64,000 bases of DNA from Camelus ferus (lineage: Eukaryota). Shown one piece after another: positions 51,212 through 63,039 of the stretch. Within the stretch, counting starts at the first letter, position 1, and every line of letters begins with the position of its first letter. The notes below the pieces were generated by a model. That model was given only the letters and a program-made list of their open reading frames with translations, had not been told where the DNA came from and made no database searches. Location: contig NC_045714.1 in assembly GCF_009834535.1 (NCBI RefSeq), forward strand, positions 42,408,001 through 42,472,000. Reading direction: 5' to 3'. The position numbers were made by a program, and so were the translations under genes.

Positions 51212-51460
51212 CTGGCAGCGGCGGCAGCGGCGGCAGCGGCGGCGCCCGCGACCGGGCCGCTCTCCCCGTGCTCCAGGGCTCCCTCCCGGCGGCCAGGCGG
51301 CCGGCGCAGGCCCCACGGAGGCGGCGGCGGCGGCGACGCCGGAGCCGCGGACTGCTCGGCGGCGGGGACGCAGCTGCACCAACCGACTCCCGGCCGCTCG
51401 GCTGGGCTCGGCTGCGCTCGGAGGCGCTCGGTTCCGCTCGGCCCCTCTCGGCTCGGCTGG
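51212..51460 (-). other. SGMS1: Non-coding first exon (5' boundary approximate); gene name tentative
   Basis: Donor GCTGCCAG|gtgagcg at 51212/51211 inside the island. GC-rich, no ATG. About 250 nt if the TSS is near 51460, which fits my recollection of SGMS1 exon 1. Not aligned. Confidence 0.6.
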
Positions 51461-51505
51461 GGGCGTGGCCCGAGGCCCCCCGCCCAGGTCGCCTCTGGCG
51501 CCCAG

Positions 51506-51577
51506 GGGGCGGGGCTTTCGTGCGGGCGCAAGCCCCCTGACGTCGCGGGGAGCGGACCTTACCTCGGGCGCATGCGC
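51506..51577. promoter_or_regulatory. Proximal promoter motif cluster: GC box, CRE-like site, NRF1 palindrome
   Basis: GGGGCGGGGC at 51506-51515 (Sp/KLF), TGACGTCG at 51538-51545 (7/8 CRE) and GCGCATGCGC at 51568-51577 (NRF1 core), just upstream of the presumed TSS. Confidence 0.7.
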
Positions 51578-52149
51578 GGCGCTGGTCCCGCTTTTCCCCG
51601 TGTGGAGGCTCAAGGGGGCGGGGAAGGAGACAGGGGGCGGATGCTGCGGCCCCGTAGGTTCCCGGCTTTTGTACTCCGTATCCTGGTCTTTCTAGAGGAC
51701 CACCTAAGGAAGGCCACACCAGCGTGCACTTTCAGAAGGATGTAGGCAGGACAGGGCCCCTGGCCCCCGCCTGGCCCCTCTCCTCCCAGTCCAATGTTTC
51801 CCAACACTGTTTCCCAACAAGCACCGCCTGGGAGTTGGTTTTCTTTTATCCTACCAATACTTCACCGCAGTTTTTTCACTTCTGTTTCTTAACAACTTCT
51901 GATAACTGCTTTCATAACATGAAGTCTTCAGGTATTTGAGAACTTTCAAGCATTAGTTGCCCCCGTCAGGTACAATAATGCTGCTCTTTTATCACAGCTT
52001 CTATTATGCAACCTGTAACGCCTAGGATAAGGGTGGGGCCTTTTCTGAGTTTTTGTCACACGTTCCAGGCACCTTTTCTGTTATGGAGCCCAGGTTGTAG
52101 CAAATATGCTCAGAAAGTGGTCCCCACCTTTAGAATCTAGTGATTAATA

Positions 52150-52370
52150 AACAGCAAGAGCTCTCCAGTCTGACATACCTGGGTTGGAATATCAGATCTG
52201 CATTAAACTGGCAGATTAATGATTGGCTGAGTGACTTTGAACATGCTATTCAATCTCTCATCCATAAAAATCAATGAAAATACCAGTAATTAAGCCAATA
52301 GGAATGAGTGAAAAGATTAAATGACAGCACACATGCTGCTTTCTGCACAGTGCCTGGTGTTCAATAGACA
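52150..52370 (+). mobile_element. MIR SINE
   Basis: gacatacctgggttggaat...gtgactttgaacatgctattcaatctctc...aagattaaatga...acagtgcctggtg. Confidence 0.6.
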
Positions 52371-52419
52371 AACCTGACCTGTTCAGGTTGCATTATAACC
52401 TTCAGATCCTGAAAAGCAG

Positions 52420-53315
52420 CGAACATATACATAAGTGCTGAGCAATACATCAAACTGTGGGACTTGCCCCTCTACCTGCTCCTTTCACAGTCTTCTCCAC
52501 CTCAGACAAGGTCAATTCCATCCTTCTGGTGGCTTGGCCCAAACTTTGAAGCCATCCTTGAGTCTTCTCTTCCTATCATATCCCACATGTTATCCAGTAG
52601 CAAAATCTGGCAGCTCTACCTTTAAAATACCCTCATTTCAGATCTCATCTTCTCTGTCCTGGAATATTTCGTTAACTTCCACATTTCTCTCCCTGATTCC
52701 ACTCTGCTTTTATAGAGCTTGTTCTCAAGCAGCCAGAGATTCTGTTGAAATCTAAGTCAAAACCTATTTCTCTCCTTCTCTAAAGCCTCCAGTGGCTTCC
52801 CATCTCACCATCTCACTCAGAGCAAAAACCAAAACGTTTTTTCAAGGGTTCGATGTTTTTTCAATATTTCTCCAAGATCCCATGTAATCTCCCCCTGGCC
52901 CCTTTACACTCTCCCATCTCTCTAACTGCTTCTTCATCCACTCCAACCCTTCTCTCCTTTCCAGCCACAGTAGCCTCCTTCCTGCCCTTGGAACATGCAG
53001 GCTCAATCCTACCTCAGGACCTCTGCACTTGATGTTTCTTCCCCCAAGATGTCAGAAAGGCATGTGCCCTTAATCCAAATTCCTACTCAAATGTCATCTC
53101 CCCAGAAAGACTTTCCCAGAACACTTTAGTAAAACATCAAGTCCCAAGCCCCTTCACTCTCTCTCCCAGCATCTTGCTTTACTTTTCCTCACAGCCTTAT
53201 GACCTGAATAACACCTGTAATGTTCTGAGAGCAGGGACTTTGTGTTACTTATCTGCAGCATCTGGAACATGGCCTGACATGCTTAGGTATTCAATCAATA
53301 TTTCTTGAATAAATA
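52420..53315 (+). mobile_element. L2 3' portion
   Basis: ggcccaaactttgaagccatccttgagtc...caaaatctggcagctctacctttaaaata...taggtattcaatcaatatttcttgaataaataa. Confidence 0.85.
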
Positions 53316-53318
53316 AGA

Positions 53319-53379
53319 GTGTGTATGTATATGTATATATATGTATATATATGTGTATATACATATATATACATACATA
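53319..53379. repeat. Compound (TG/TA/CA) microsatellite
   Basis: gtgtgtatgtatatgtatatat...acatatatatacatacata. Confidence 0.85.
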
Positions 53380-53598
53380 CAGTTGACCCTTGAACAAAAA
53401 TGGGTTTGAACTGTGCAGGTCACAGATTTTTTTTTTCCATGAAGAGACTACAGTAGTACACAATCTGTGGTTGGCTGAATCCGAGGCTGCAGAACCTGGG
53501 GTACAGAAGGCCAACAATGGGACTTGAGCATCCATGGATTTTGGTACTCACAGTGGATCCCAGAACCAGCCACCTCTGTGCATACTGAGGGATAGCTG
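53380..53598. mobile_element. TcMar-Tigger MITE (Tigger2/MER8/MER2-type)
   Basis: ta|CAGTTGACCCTTGAACAA...ggattttggtac...actgagggatagctg|ta, with TA TSD on both sides. Confidence 0.85.
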
Positions 53599-53619
53599 TA
53601 TATGGGATATATTGCTCCA

Positions 53620-53940
53620 ACTTAACTTCATTTACTCAACAAACTTTCAAGGATCTATTCTAGTCCAGCACTGTGGGACACAGAGATAAACAAGGTACTC
53701 TCCCAACCACTGAGGAACTCAGGATTTCAGAGGAGCCAGACAGGTAAAGAAACACTTCTGGAAGAAAATATGTAACACGTGATGTATGTGCCAATGTCTT
53801 TGAGAAGCAGAGAGAAGGACATCATTAATACTGTATAGGAGGGTGTGGAAAGGCTTCCCAGAGGAGGTGACATTGGGGCTGGGTCTAACAAGTTGATGAG
53901 GAAAGGACTCCAAGCAGAGAAAACAACATGCACTTATTAC
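53620..53940 (-). mobile_element. L2 3' fragment
   Basis: catttactcaacaaactttc...ggaaaggcttcccagaggaggtgacattggggctggg. Confidence 0.7.
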
Positions 53941-54189
53941 CAGTGTTGGGAGGTACAGGGCAAATAATACTTACCCAGGGAGGCAAATCATTTTCCTTTA
54001 AAAAAGACTTCAAGCCAATTCCAGGTGAGCCATGTAATAATGTCACCTACACTCACATCTAACGAGCTTTCTCAAGCAGAAAAGAAACTGCCAAAAGTAT
54101 AGTTGATGCAACAATTACAACCTGACCTCTATTTAACTGCATTGGGCTACACCTGTAGCTTTTTGTGTCAGGTTCCAGCAGCAAAGGAC

Positions 54190-54560
54190 ATGTATCAGGA
54201 GTTTTCTGGCTGCAAGTACCAGTAACCCATCAGCCCAGTTTAAGAAAAATAAGAGGGAAGTTTATCTTAAGGCTTTTTTTTTTTTTTGCAGGGGGGTGAG
54301 GGTGGATGGACTTATGGATGGTCAGTAAGACTCTCTCTACAAACTTGTTTTCTCTGCTTCTAATGGGAAATATATCTCCCAACCACTCCCAAGTACATGA
54401 TATAATTCCAGTTACCCCAGGAAGAGACAAAAACTCCCTCATCATTCCAATTCCAAAACCCCAGAGAAGAAGCCCGAACTGACCCAACTTGAGTCAGATG
54501 TCCCCCTCCGCTAGAACAGTCAAAGCCGGCTTACAGGTCGTGTAGTTCACCAGGAACCCA
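54190..54560 (-). mobile_element. Old MLT1 LTR, antisense
   Basis: tgtatcaggagttttctggctgcaagtaccagtaacccatc...aagagggaagtttat...cccaacttgagtcagatgtccc. Confidence 0.6.
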
Positions 54561-54824
54561 CCTCTGTGGATCAAGACCACCAAAAAGGGAATTGTTTTGA
54601 GTTGAGGAGATATCTTAATAGAAGTCCCTCATAGAACCATTGATCCCACTTAACGGTAAAACACATGGGAGATATTTCATAGTGACACAGGGAATGATGA
54701 TTGAATTCCTGATTTCTGCGCAGGAGGGAGGCCTCTTTTTTTTAATGTAGCAATCAAAACAAGAAGTTGTTTTTTTTCCCCAAGAAAAAGTGGATAAAAA
54801 CTGGGGTGGTCTCCATAAGCCCTC

Positions 54825-55200
54825 TGTGGTAGTTGACATTAATACTAAGCCAACAGATACTTCTGGTTTGCTTCTCAGACACAGGATTGTACTTCCTTAC
54901 AGCTTGGAGTCGGGAGAGGCCACATGGCTTGCTTTGGTCAATAAAGAGAGTAGAAGCAGATCATTTCCAGCCCCGAACTTTAAGGGCTAGTAGGCAATCT
55001 TCTCTCTTTCCTTCAGCAACAGCAATAGACAATGCTTGAGGTGGTGATACCTCCCACAGTGTGGGTCCGGGGCTGAGAAAACATAGACTGTGACCCACCA
55101 TGGTTATATAGTATGAGCAAGAAATCAATCTTTGCTGATATAAAAACAAGATTGGGGCTTGTTTATTACCAGACCAAAACTTAGCCTATCCTGACAGATG
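54825..55200 (+). mobile_element. Old MLT1 LTR
   Basis: tgtggtagttg...ggccacatggcttgctttggtcaataaa...atgagcaagaaatcaatctttgctg...ttagcctatcctgac. Confidence 0.75.
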
Positions 55201-55254
55201 TATCTTTCTAACATCTGGTCTAGCCCACTCCCCACTGTACAGCACTGAGGTAGT

Positions 55255-55695
55255 TTGGGTGGGATGGACCCCATCTCCCACATGTGAATGTGGATCCTCA
55301 ATTCAACTGACTTCCGTAAGTCAACTGAAGTAATCTCATAGGCCTTGGATTGATTGCTTCAGGGATGGACCTATTACCCAGGCCTACATATATCAGTACC
55401 CAATATTTAGCTCTTCACAATAATTAGATACAACCTTCACTGCCTCCCTGGATGACAGTGAGGCACCATTTGCAGCTGGCAGCTATTCTGGGACAAAGAG
55501 AAGAGCCAACCTAAAGATGAAGCCAACACATGGAATAGGGAAAAGTGGAAAGAACTGAAGAGAAACCGAGTTGGAGTGCCAATCAGGGCTTACCTGAATC
55601 CCATCTACCAATCAAGTCACATAAATCAATACATTCCCTTTATTGCTGATTCTAACTTGAGTTGGATTTTCAATTACTTGAAACCAAAAGGATCC
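55255..55695 (+). mobile_element. Old MLT1 LTR
   Basis: gattgcttcagggatggacc...agatgaagccaacacatggaa...aatcaatacattcccttt...cttgagttggattttcaattacttgaaaccaaaagga. Confidence 0.65.
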
Positions 55696-56039
55696 CAACT
55701 GTGGCTGTTCTGCCACATTCACCACACAGCTCTGAGCAGTAGCCAGCACCATAGAATCCCAGGTGGGAAAGAGTCTGAGCATTGAACAACTGCAGGAAGG
55801 GAAGGTGAAAAATTCTACGTGATTTATGTGCCAGCCCCTTGTCAAGAATGAGGTGATCACAATGCACAGAGGGAATAGCTGGGACTGGCTGTGAACCAAG
55901 GATTCGAAGGGGAAGAATCCTCGAGGACCAGGAGAGTGACAGACCCCTTGGCCTAATCAATAGTTCATTTCATAGAGAGGGTTCTCTCACTCCCCACTAA
56001 TCTTTATGTTGCCTTTATAAAGTCTGCAATGAAGGAACC

Positions 56040-56240
56040 CAGGAGGCAGTTAGTTTAATGTAGTGTGTAAGTAAGTAGGATTTAAATCCAGAACTCCTGG
56101 GTTTTAAGCTGGTCTCCCCCACTTACTTGCTGCATGAGGCTGAGTAGCTTAAACTTCTAATGTTATGAAAATTGAATGAGTTAATCTACATGCCGCTATT
56201 AATATGGTGTCACATGCATGAAAAGCACTCAGAAGTTAAA
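56040..56240 (+). mobile_element. MIR SINE
   Basis: gtttaatgtagtg...ctcctgggtttt...ccccacttacttgctgcatga...gaaaattgaatgagttaat...aagcactcag. Confidence 0.6.
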
Positions 56241-57239
56241 GAGGAAGTTCTATCAGGCTTTTTAAGAAAAGTTCTGAATCCAGTTGTGCCAACTTATTGA
56301 CTCTCTGCTCTAAATTCCTTGCCTTGCTTTGAAGACCTTTGGACATTTCTCTGCTGCCAGGAGCACGGTGTTAGGCTTCACCAGTGGACAGTGCTGGAGG
56401 GTTCCTGCAAGGCACAGACGCACAAGGGGCTTTCTGATTCAGAACCTTTCTGATTCCCAGTCTGTTCTTCTTGCTCCTACAGCACGTAAGATGGTCTATG
56501 GGAAACCTAGCAGTGCTCACCCACCGGTGAGTTTTTCTGCCACCCACATGGCCAGTTCCTGACCAGTTGCCTGTGGCAACTCAGCAAACCTCTCAGCCGT
56601 CCCGTGAGCTGACTTTCTGCCCTCTCCAAGGTCTACATCTCAGCCTTGGATTGGGGGAGAGACTCTTGCAAGTGTGTTCTCTCCTAGGGTACTGGGTCTC
56701 AGCCCTAGAGAGAGTAGCTGCTCCCTATGTCTTCCCTATGTCTACTAGGTTCTTTGGAGTTCTCTTTGGCCTTTTTAGTCACGAACTACTTTTCACCTGT
56801 TAATAATTCTTAATATTAAATTTTCCTTGTTCCAATTACTGATGTGGTTTCTGCCTCCTGAGTGGCCTCTACTGCCAATTAGACATGTTCCTGGGATTAA
56901 AGAGGAACTCGTGTGTGTGTAGGTGGGAGCAGGGTGAGTCCAACTGTGTTTGTAACAGTAGTTTATAAAAGTCATGACTTCATCCTCAAGAGAACACTAT
57001 AAGAAAATGACAATGGTGAGGCCTGATGTCAGTTCCTGTCTTCCACCAGTCTTCACAACTGGGCTTCTGCTGTCAGTCCAGCCCAGGTATGGAGGGCAGG
57101 ACCCTTAGCCCTATCATGGGGTGAGGCCTGGAGTCACATCTTGTTTCCAAATATGCTGCTAGACCAGAGATGAGCTTGAGTGCCCATAAATCCCTCCCAG
57201 CTCAAGGCACTGTCTGTACCCACCCACCACTCTCTTTCC

Positions 57240-58120
57240 CAACAAATATGTATTGTGTACATCATTCTAACCTTAAATTTGCTTCTACAAGCAATTTTTT
57301 TCAATTGCACTACCATGCCTAATGCACAATCAAATATAGCCAGACCTATACAGAGATAAGACATCATGAGAGAACACAAGTAAGGCAACAAAGAAACAGG
57401 CTCATGGGGACACCAAATACAGGACATTATCCAGCACAAACCAAAACCAACCAAGGTTACTACAGTCAAGGAAATAAAAGCCAAACTTAGAAAATCAAAA
57501 TCATGAGATATCACTTCACAGCCATTAGAATGGTTATTATACAAACAAGAAAAGAAAAAAAGGAAGTAAGTGTTGGAGTAGAAACTAGAAACCCTCGTGC
57601 ACTAGTGGTGAGAATGTCAAATAGCGCAGCTGCTGTGGAAAACAGGATAATGGTTCCTCCAAAAATTAAACATAGACTTACCCCATGATCCAGAAATTCC
57701 ACCTGAGTATATACCCCAAAGAACTAAAAGCAGGACCTCAGACATTTGTACAACTGTCTTTACAGCAGCATGATTCACAATAGCCCAAAGGTAGAAGCAA
57801 TGCAAATGTTCATCAGCATTATAGGTAAGAAGAAATCATCCAGAATGAAATACGGAGAGACAAAGAGATCAACAATATAGAAGGTAAGAGACATAGAAGA
57901 TACAGTGAGGTTTAACATACATTTTCATTAGAGTCCCAGGAAGAGAAAAGAGAGAGAATGAGACAGAAGCAATATATGGAAGGATGATAACATCTGAGAA
58001 TTTTCTAGAACTTATTAAAGACATCAAGTCATAGGTTGAAGAAGCCAAATAAATTCAAATCAGGATAAATAAAAATAAATCTATAATGAAACCACAGAAA
58101 ACCAAAGGCATATCAAATTA
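57240..58120 (+). mobile_element. Old L1 ORF1 remnant interrupted by an L1 ORF2 3' piece (~57500-57820)
   Basis: catgagatatcacttcacagccattagaatgg...gatccagaaattccacctgagtatatacc lies inside ORF1-like ttagagtcccaggaagag...ctgagaattttctagaac. Confidence 0.7.
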
Positions 58121-59169
58121 GTCTAAGATAAGAAGTAATCTGACCAGAACCTCTGCTGGGAGGGCAAGGAGAGGGAGGGGTAGGTTTTGATTCCTACTTT
58201 GGCCATCACACAGTTTTGGTTAAAGTTTGTACCTGCCCAGCAACAGGATTCTCATTCCTAAAGAGATTAATATGCAGACCTGCCAGAGGATGGAAATTAA
58301 ATGGAGACCAAATAACTTCGCAAATTTCGGTTGATTATTCATCAGTTCCTCAACGGACAGATGTGGACTTCCTGGGAGAAGATGCACCCACACGTATAAA
58401 GATTGGAGGAGGGAATGGGAATGTGGCGATGGCACACACACACACACAAAATGCTTTAGAACAACTGGAACCTGTTTTAAGGACATGACATCAACTAAAA
58501 GGAAAACTCAGAAAATCATTAAGAAGAGAGAAGGATTACATTTTGGCATCCCAGCTGGTAGCACAGGTTTCTCTAGTAGATTAGCAGCTACTGAAGATAT
58601 GCCTTTTATCCATCAGTCTCCCGCATTAGGTGACTTGACACCTGGCGGGAAAACACCAGTGCATGGGAAGAAGGTACAGACTGGCAGGGTGAAGAAGTTC
58701 TGAGGCAGCAGAAGACAGCAGACAAGTCAAGGAAACACAATTCCAGGTAGGAGCACAGATCTGTAAGACAAAATGAAGATCACAGGAAAGGGCATACATG
58801 TGGGTAAATAGAGAAACTTGACATTTAAAATATACTAGTTGAGGTGTGCTCAGAGCAGGGGGCCTGAAGAAATGTCTCCCCTGTTTACAACACACCCAAC
58901 AGGAATCTGGGTTCACTGTGAGAAGGGGCACAAAACTTGAGGCCTTCATCCTATGAGCAAATACCCTTCACGTGTCCCCCTGTGCCTCCACGTGGCTCCT
59001 GGGCAGGACCAGTGGGGCAAGGCTCAATATTGGAAGAAATGCCGCAGTATTTAGTGGGGGAGTTTGCCGCCTAGAGCCTGTCCGGTCCATGCATGGGCGG
59101 GCCATGAGTGGTCTTACAGACATGAAGGCTTTGAACCTCTTTGCAAGGGAAAAAAGAGAGATTTCATAT

Positions 59170-59460
59170 GCCATTCTGGAGGACAGAAGTTTTTTAGGGC
59201 AGTGAAAATACTTTGTATGACATTATAACGATGGATATATATGTCATTATACTTTTGTCCAAACTAAGGTGAACTGAGGACTTTGGTGATTATGATGTAT
59301 CAATGTAGGTTCATCCTTAGTTAAAAAAAGAAGTACCACTCTGGTAAATAAAACTAATGACTATGCATGTGTGTGGAGAGGGGATATATGGGAAATTTCT
59401 GTACCTTCCTGTCAATTTTGTTGTAAACCTAAAAGTGGTCCCCAAAAAACATACTAAAAT
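59170..59460 (+). mobile_element. L1MB/MC 3' end
   Basis: ttttagggcagtgaaaatactttgtatgac...gactttggtgattatgatgtatcaatgtaggttcatc...tgggaaatttctgtaccttcc. Confidence 0.8.
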
Positions 59461-59519
59461 TAAAAACAAGAACACTCAGTGTTAGGGTAGACATTTTGGG
59501 CAAAACTTTGGTTTCAGTT

Positions 59520-59520
59520 G

Positions 59521-59552
<32 letters not shown>

Positions 59553-59575
59553 TATGCATATTATATATGTGTGTG
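59520..59575. repeat. (TA)/(CA)n/(TG) compound microsatellite
   Basis: Read directly from the sequence. Confidence 0.9.
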
Positions 59576-60159
59576 TTTGTTGGATTATGATGTAAAATGT
59601 ATTTTTTTAGGTCAAAATTTTGCAAGCCACTGTAGTTAAGTTATACTGGCAAATAAAAGCACAAATTAACCTCAAAAAATAAAAATAAAATAAATTACTA
59701 TTTAAAGCAACAGCAACAGTGTATTGTGGATTTGTGACATGCAGAAGTAAAATGTGTAACCAAAAATAGCACAGAAGGTGGGAGCAGTAAAAGGAATTGC
59801 ACTGTTAAAAGGTTCTTACATTGTGTAGAAAATTATGAAGTACTAATTCAAGTCATGCTGCAATAAGTTAAGAATGCGTATTATAATCTTGAAAGTAAGC
59901 ACTTAAATATACATATATAATATATATATATGTGTGTGTATATAATATATATACATACAATGGTTTGCCTAAAAATCCAATGGGAAAGAAATTAAAAGCA
60001 GGGTCTCAAAGAGATCCTTATACACTCATGTTCATAGCAGCATTAGTCACAATTGCCAAAAGGTAGAAGCAACCCAAATGTTCATCAAGAGATGAACGGA
60101 AAAACAAAACGTAGTGTATATATATATATAGTGGATATTATTCAGTCTTGAAAAGAAAG

Positions 60160-60315
60160 NNNNNNNNNNNNNNNNNNNNNNNNNNNNNNNNNNNNNNNNN
60201 NNNNNNNNNNNNNNNNNNNNNNNNNNNNNNNNNNNNNNNNNNNNNNNNNNNNNNNNNNNNNNNNNNNNNNNNNNNNNNNNNNNNNNNNNNNNNNNNNNNN
60301 NNNNNNNNNNNNNNN
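60160..60315. other. Assembly gap (156 N)
   Basis: N run. Confidence 0.99.
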
Positions 60316-61505
60316 GGGACTCGGGGGGAGGGATGAATGGGAAGCTACTGAGTAACAGATAAAGTATTTCAGTTTTGCAAGATGAAAAGCATTCTGAAGA
60401 TTGGTTGCACAAAAATGTGAAAGTACTTAAAACTAGTGAACTGTACATTTTAAAATAGTAAATTTTATGCGTATTTTACCACAATTAAAAAAATCGAGTA
60501 GAGAAGATAAAATAGAATAATGAAAAAATACTTGATTGATCCAAAGAAGGGGGTGGGGGGAAGCAAACAGGAACAAAACCCAGGTAGGACAAATAGAAGA
60601 GAAATAACAAGATTACAGAGGTAAATGGTTTGAAACCACATCTGTAATTTTGTTAAATGTGAGTGGACTAAATATTCTAATAAAAAGAAAAAGATTGACA
60701 AGTTGAACTTAAACAAAAAACAAAACTCAACCATATGATGCTTACAAGAGACATACTTTAATATAAAGACTAAATTTAAAAGATAATGGAAATAGTCTAG
60801 CTAAGATTTAAATAAGAAATAATACGTATTTTATACAAATTCTCTATTAAAATAGAGGGAACAGTTCCCAACTTATTTTATAAGGTCAGCATAATCCTAC
60901 TACCAAAACCTGGTTTAAAAAAAAAAAAGACAGAAAATATCACAGACCAATCTCTCTCATGACTATAAATGCAACAACCCTTGACAAAATATTAGCCAAA
61001 TCAAATCCAGCAATAAATAAAAAGGCTACTAAATCACAACCAAGTGGAGTTTACCCCAGGAAAGCAAATTGATTTAACATTTAAAACTGACCAACCACAT
61101 TAACAGAATAAAAGGGAAAAATAATTTGATCATCTGAATAGATGCTGAAAAAACATTTGATAAAATTCAAAATCGACTCACAATAAAAACTCTCAGCAAC
61201 ATAAGAACAGGAAGGAACATCCTCAATCTGATATAGGATATGTAGGAAAAAAACCCTAGAGCTAACATCATCCTTAATGGTATAATGTTGAACATGTTCC
61301 TTCCTACAGTCAGGAATAGAGCAAGGATATCAGCTAACACCACCCCTAATTAGCATTTTACTAGATGTCTTAGCCAGAGCAATAAGGAAAGAAAAAAAAA
61401 GTTATAAAGACAGGAAAGAAAAATCAAAACTATCTTTATTCAAAAATGACATGATTGTATAGCTAGAAAATCCTAAGGAACCTCAAATAAATTTTAGAAC
61501 TAATA

Positions 61506-61641
61506 NNNNNNNNNNNNNNNNNNNNNNNNNNNNNNNNNNNNNNNNNNNNNNNNNNNNNNNNNNNNNNNNNNNNNNNNNNNNNNNNNNNNNNNNNNNNNNN
61601 NNNNNNNNNNNNNNNNNNNNNNNNNNNNNNNNNNNNNNNNN
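61506..61641. other. Assembly gap (136 N)
   Basis: N run. Confidence 0.99.
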
Positions 61642-63039
61642 GGCCCTCTTCTGGGTTGCAAAATCAATATACAAAAATCAACCTTATTTCTATATTCCAT
61701 CAAATGTCAGAAAAAAAATGTTTTTAATTGTCAGAAAAAAATAGCAAAAAAACCCCAAAAAACCCCAAAACCACGTACCTACAGGTGGATCTTACAAAAG
61801 ACATGGAAAACCTCCATGGAGGAAACCACAAACACTTTAGTAGATATTAAAGAACAAATGAATAATGCAGAGAAACACCACGCTAACAGATTGGGAGACT
61901 CAGTACATAAAGCTATCATTCTCTCTCTATGGATTCAAAGCAATCCTGTTGACTTTCATATGGAAGCTGACAAGATGATTCTAATATAAAATTTATGTTA
62001 AACTGGAGAAAGCCAATGACAGCTAAGGTACTCTTGAAGGAGTACAAGGTGGGAAGATTTAATCTATCAGTTAATAAGACATAATAAAGCTCTAATAATT
62101 AAGACAGTATAGTATTGTGCAAGAGTAGACAAAAACCAATGGACAGAAGAGAGATACTTCAAAAATAGTTTAATGATAAAGAAAGCATTGCAGAACAGTG
62201 TACTTTTGTATAAGGAGTATTGCGTTAAGTTAATATTCATATGGGAAAACGACATTGGAATCCTATCTCACACCATACTCAAAAGCCAACTCCTAAAAAA
62301 AAAAAAAGCCAGCTCATGATGGATTATGGACCTAAATATAAAAAGTAAAACAATAAACAAGGCGTGACACACAGAAGAAACTCAATAAACATTTCTTGAA
62401 TGAATGGGTATATACATGGGATCTGTTATTCCAATTTAACTTCATTTATTCAAGAAACAACAAAACCAATTTCTGTTGGATTACGGATTTAAACGTGTAA
62501 GGGAAAACAATACACAGCTTTAGAAGACGACATACAGAAGGCACCCCTTCTGTCCAAGTCCATTGTGATGGCCTCGGTGACATTTTAATGAAGTCACTCG
62601 AAGTTAGGAGGCCATAATGACAAATTTCTAGTGAGTGAAACCTCCATTGGAAACCTGGAGACCATGACATGGAATAACAGGTATGGGCAATTTCTGGGGT
62701 GCAAGGTGCAATGGGGCCATGCAGTTTTTGCAAGATTTCCAATAACGAACATAATTTAGACTGGTATATGTTCTTCCAGATTTTTTCAGGGTATCTAAAC
62801 TTTTTTTGTTGTTATTATAACTAAGGGATTATATTACACGCAGTTGAATTTTTTTTAAACTTAAGGGATGTTAAACATCTGTCCACTTTAATCCATATAG
62901 GTCTACTTCATACTTTGCGGGGAGCTGGATATGCTCATTAGCTTGATTTTGGTGATGGTTTCAGGGGTGTCGACACATGTTAAAACTCAAATTGTACACT
63001 TGAAATATATGTGGTTTATTGTACCTCACTCATACCTCA

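Larger units (their letters stand above)
50540..51700. promoter_or_regulatory. CpG island promoter of the minus-strand gene
   Basis: Abrupt rise in GC and CpG density over ~1.1 kb, against a CpG-poor background. Confidence 0.93.
59640..62340 (+). mobile_element. L1 cluster: old L1 inter-ORF/ORF2 remnant with a nested L1MB-type 3' end (~59980-60500)
   Basis: acagaccaatctctctcatg, gaatagatgctgaaaaaacatttgataaaattcaa, caaaatcaatatacaaaaatc; nested cactcatgttcatagcagcatt...gttttgcaagatgaaaag. Confidence 0.85.

Noticed and set aside
50762-51745. Long ORFs on both strands across the CpG island (327 aa, 268 aa, 167 aa)
   Set aside because: They are Gly/Arg/Ala/Pro-rich and overlap in all frames, as expected from stop-codon scarcity in GC-rich DNA. 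No recognisable domain.
53380-53598. Tigger MITE with non-identical ends
   Set aside because: Mixed Tigger2/MER2-type ends plus CpG decay are expected in this family; no sign of novelty.
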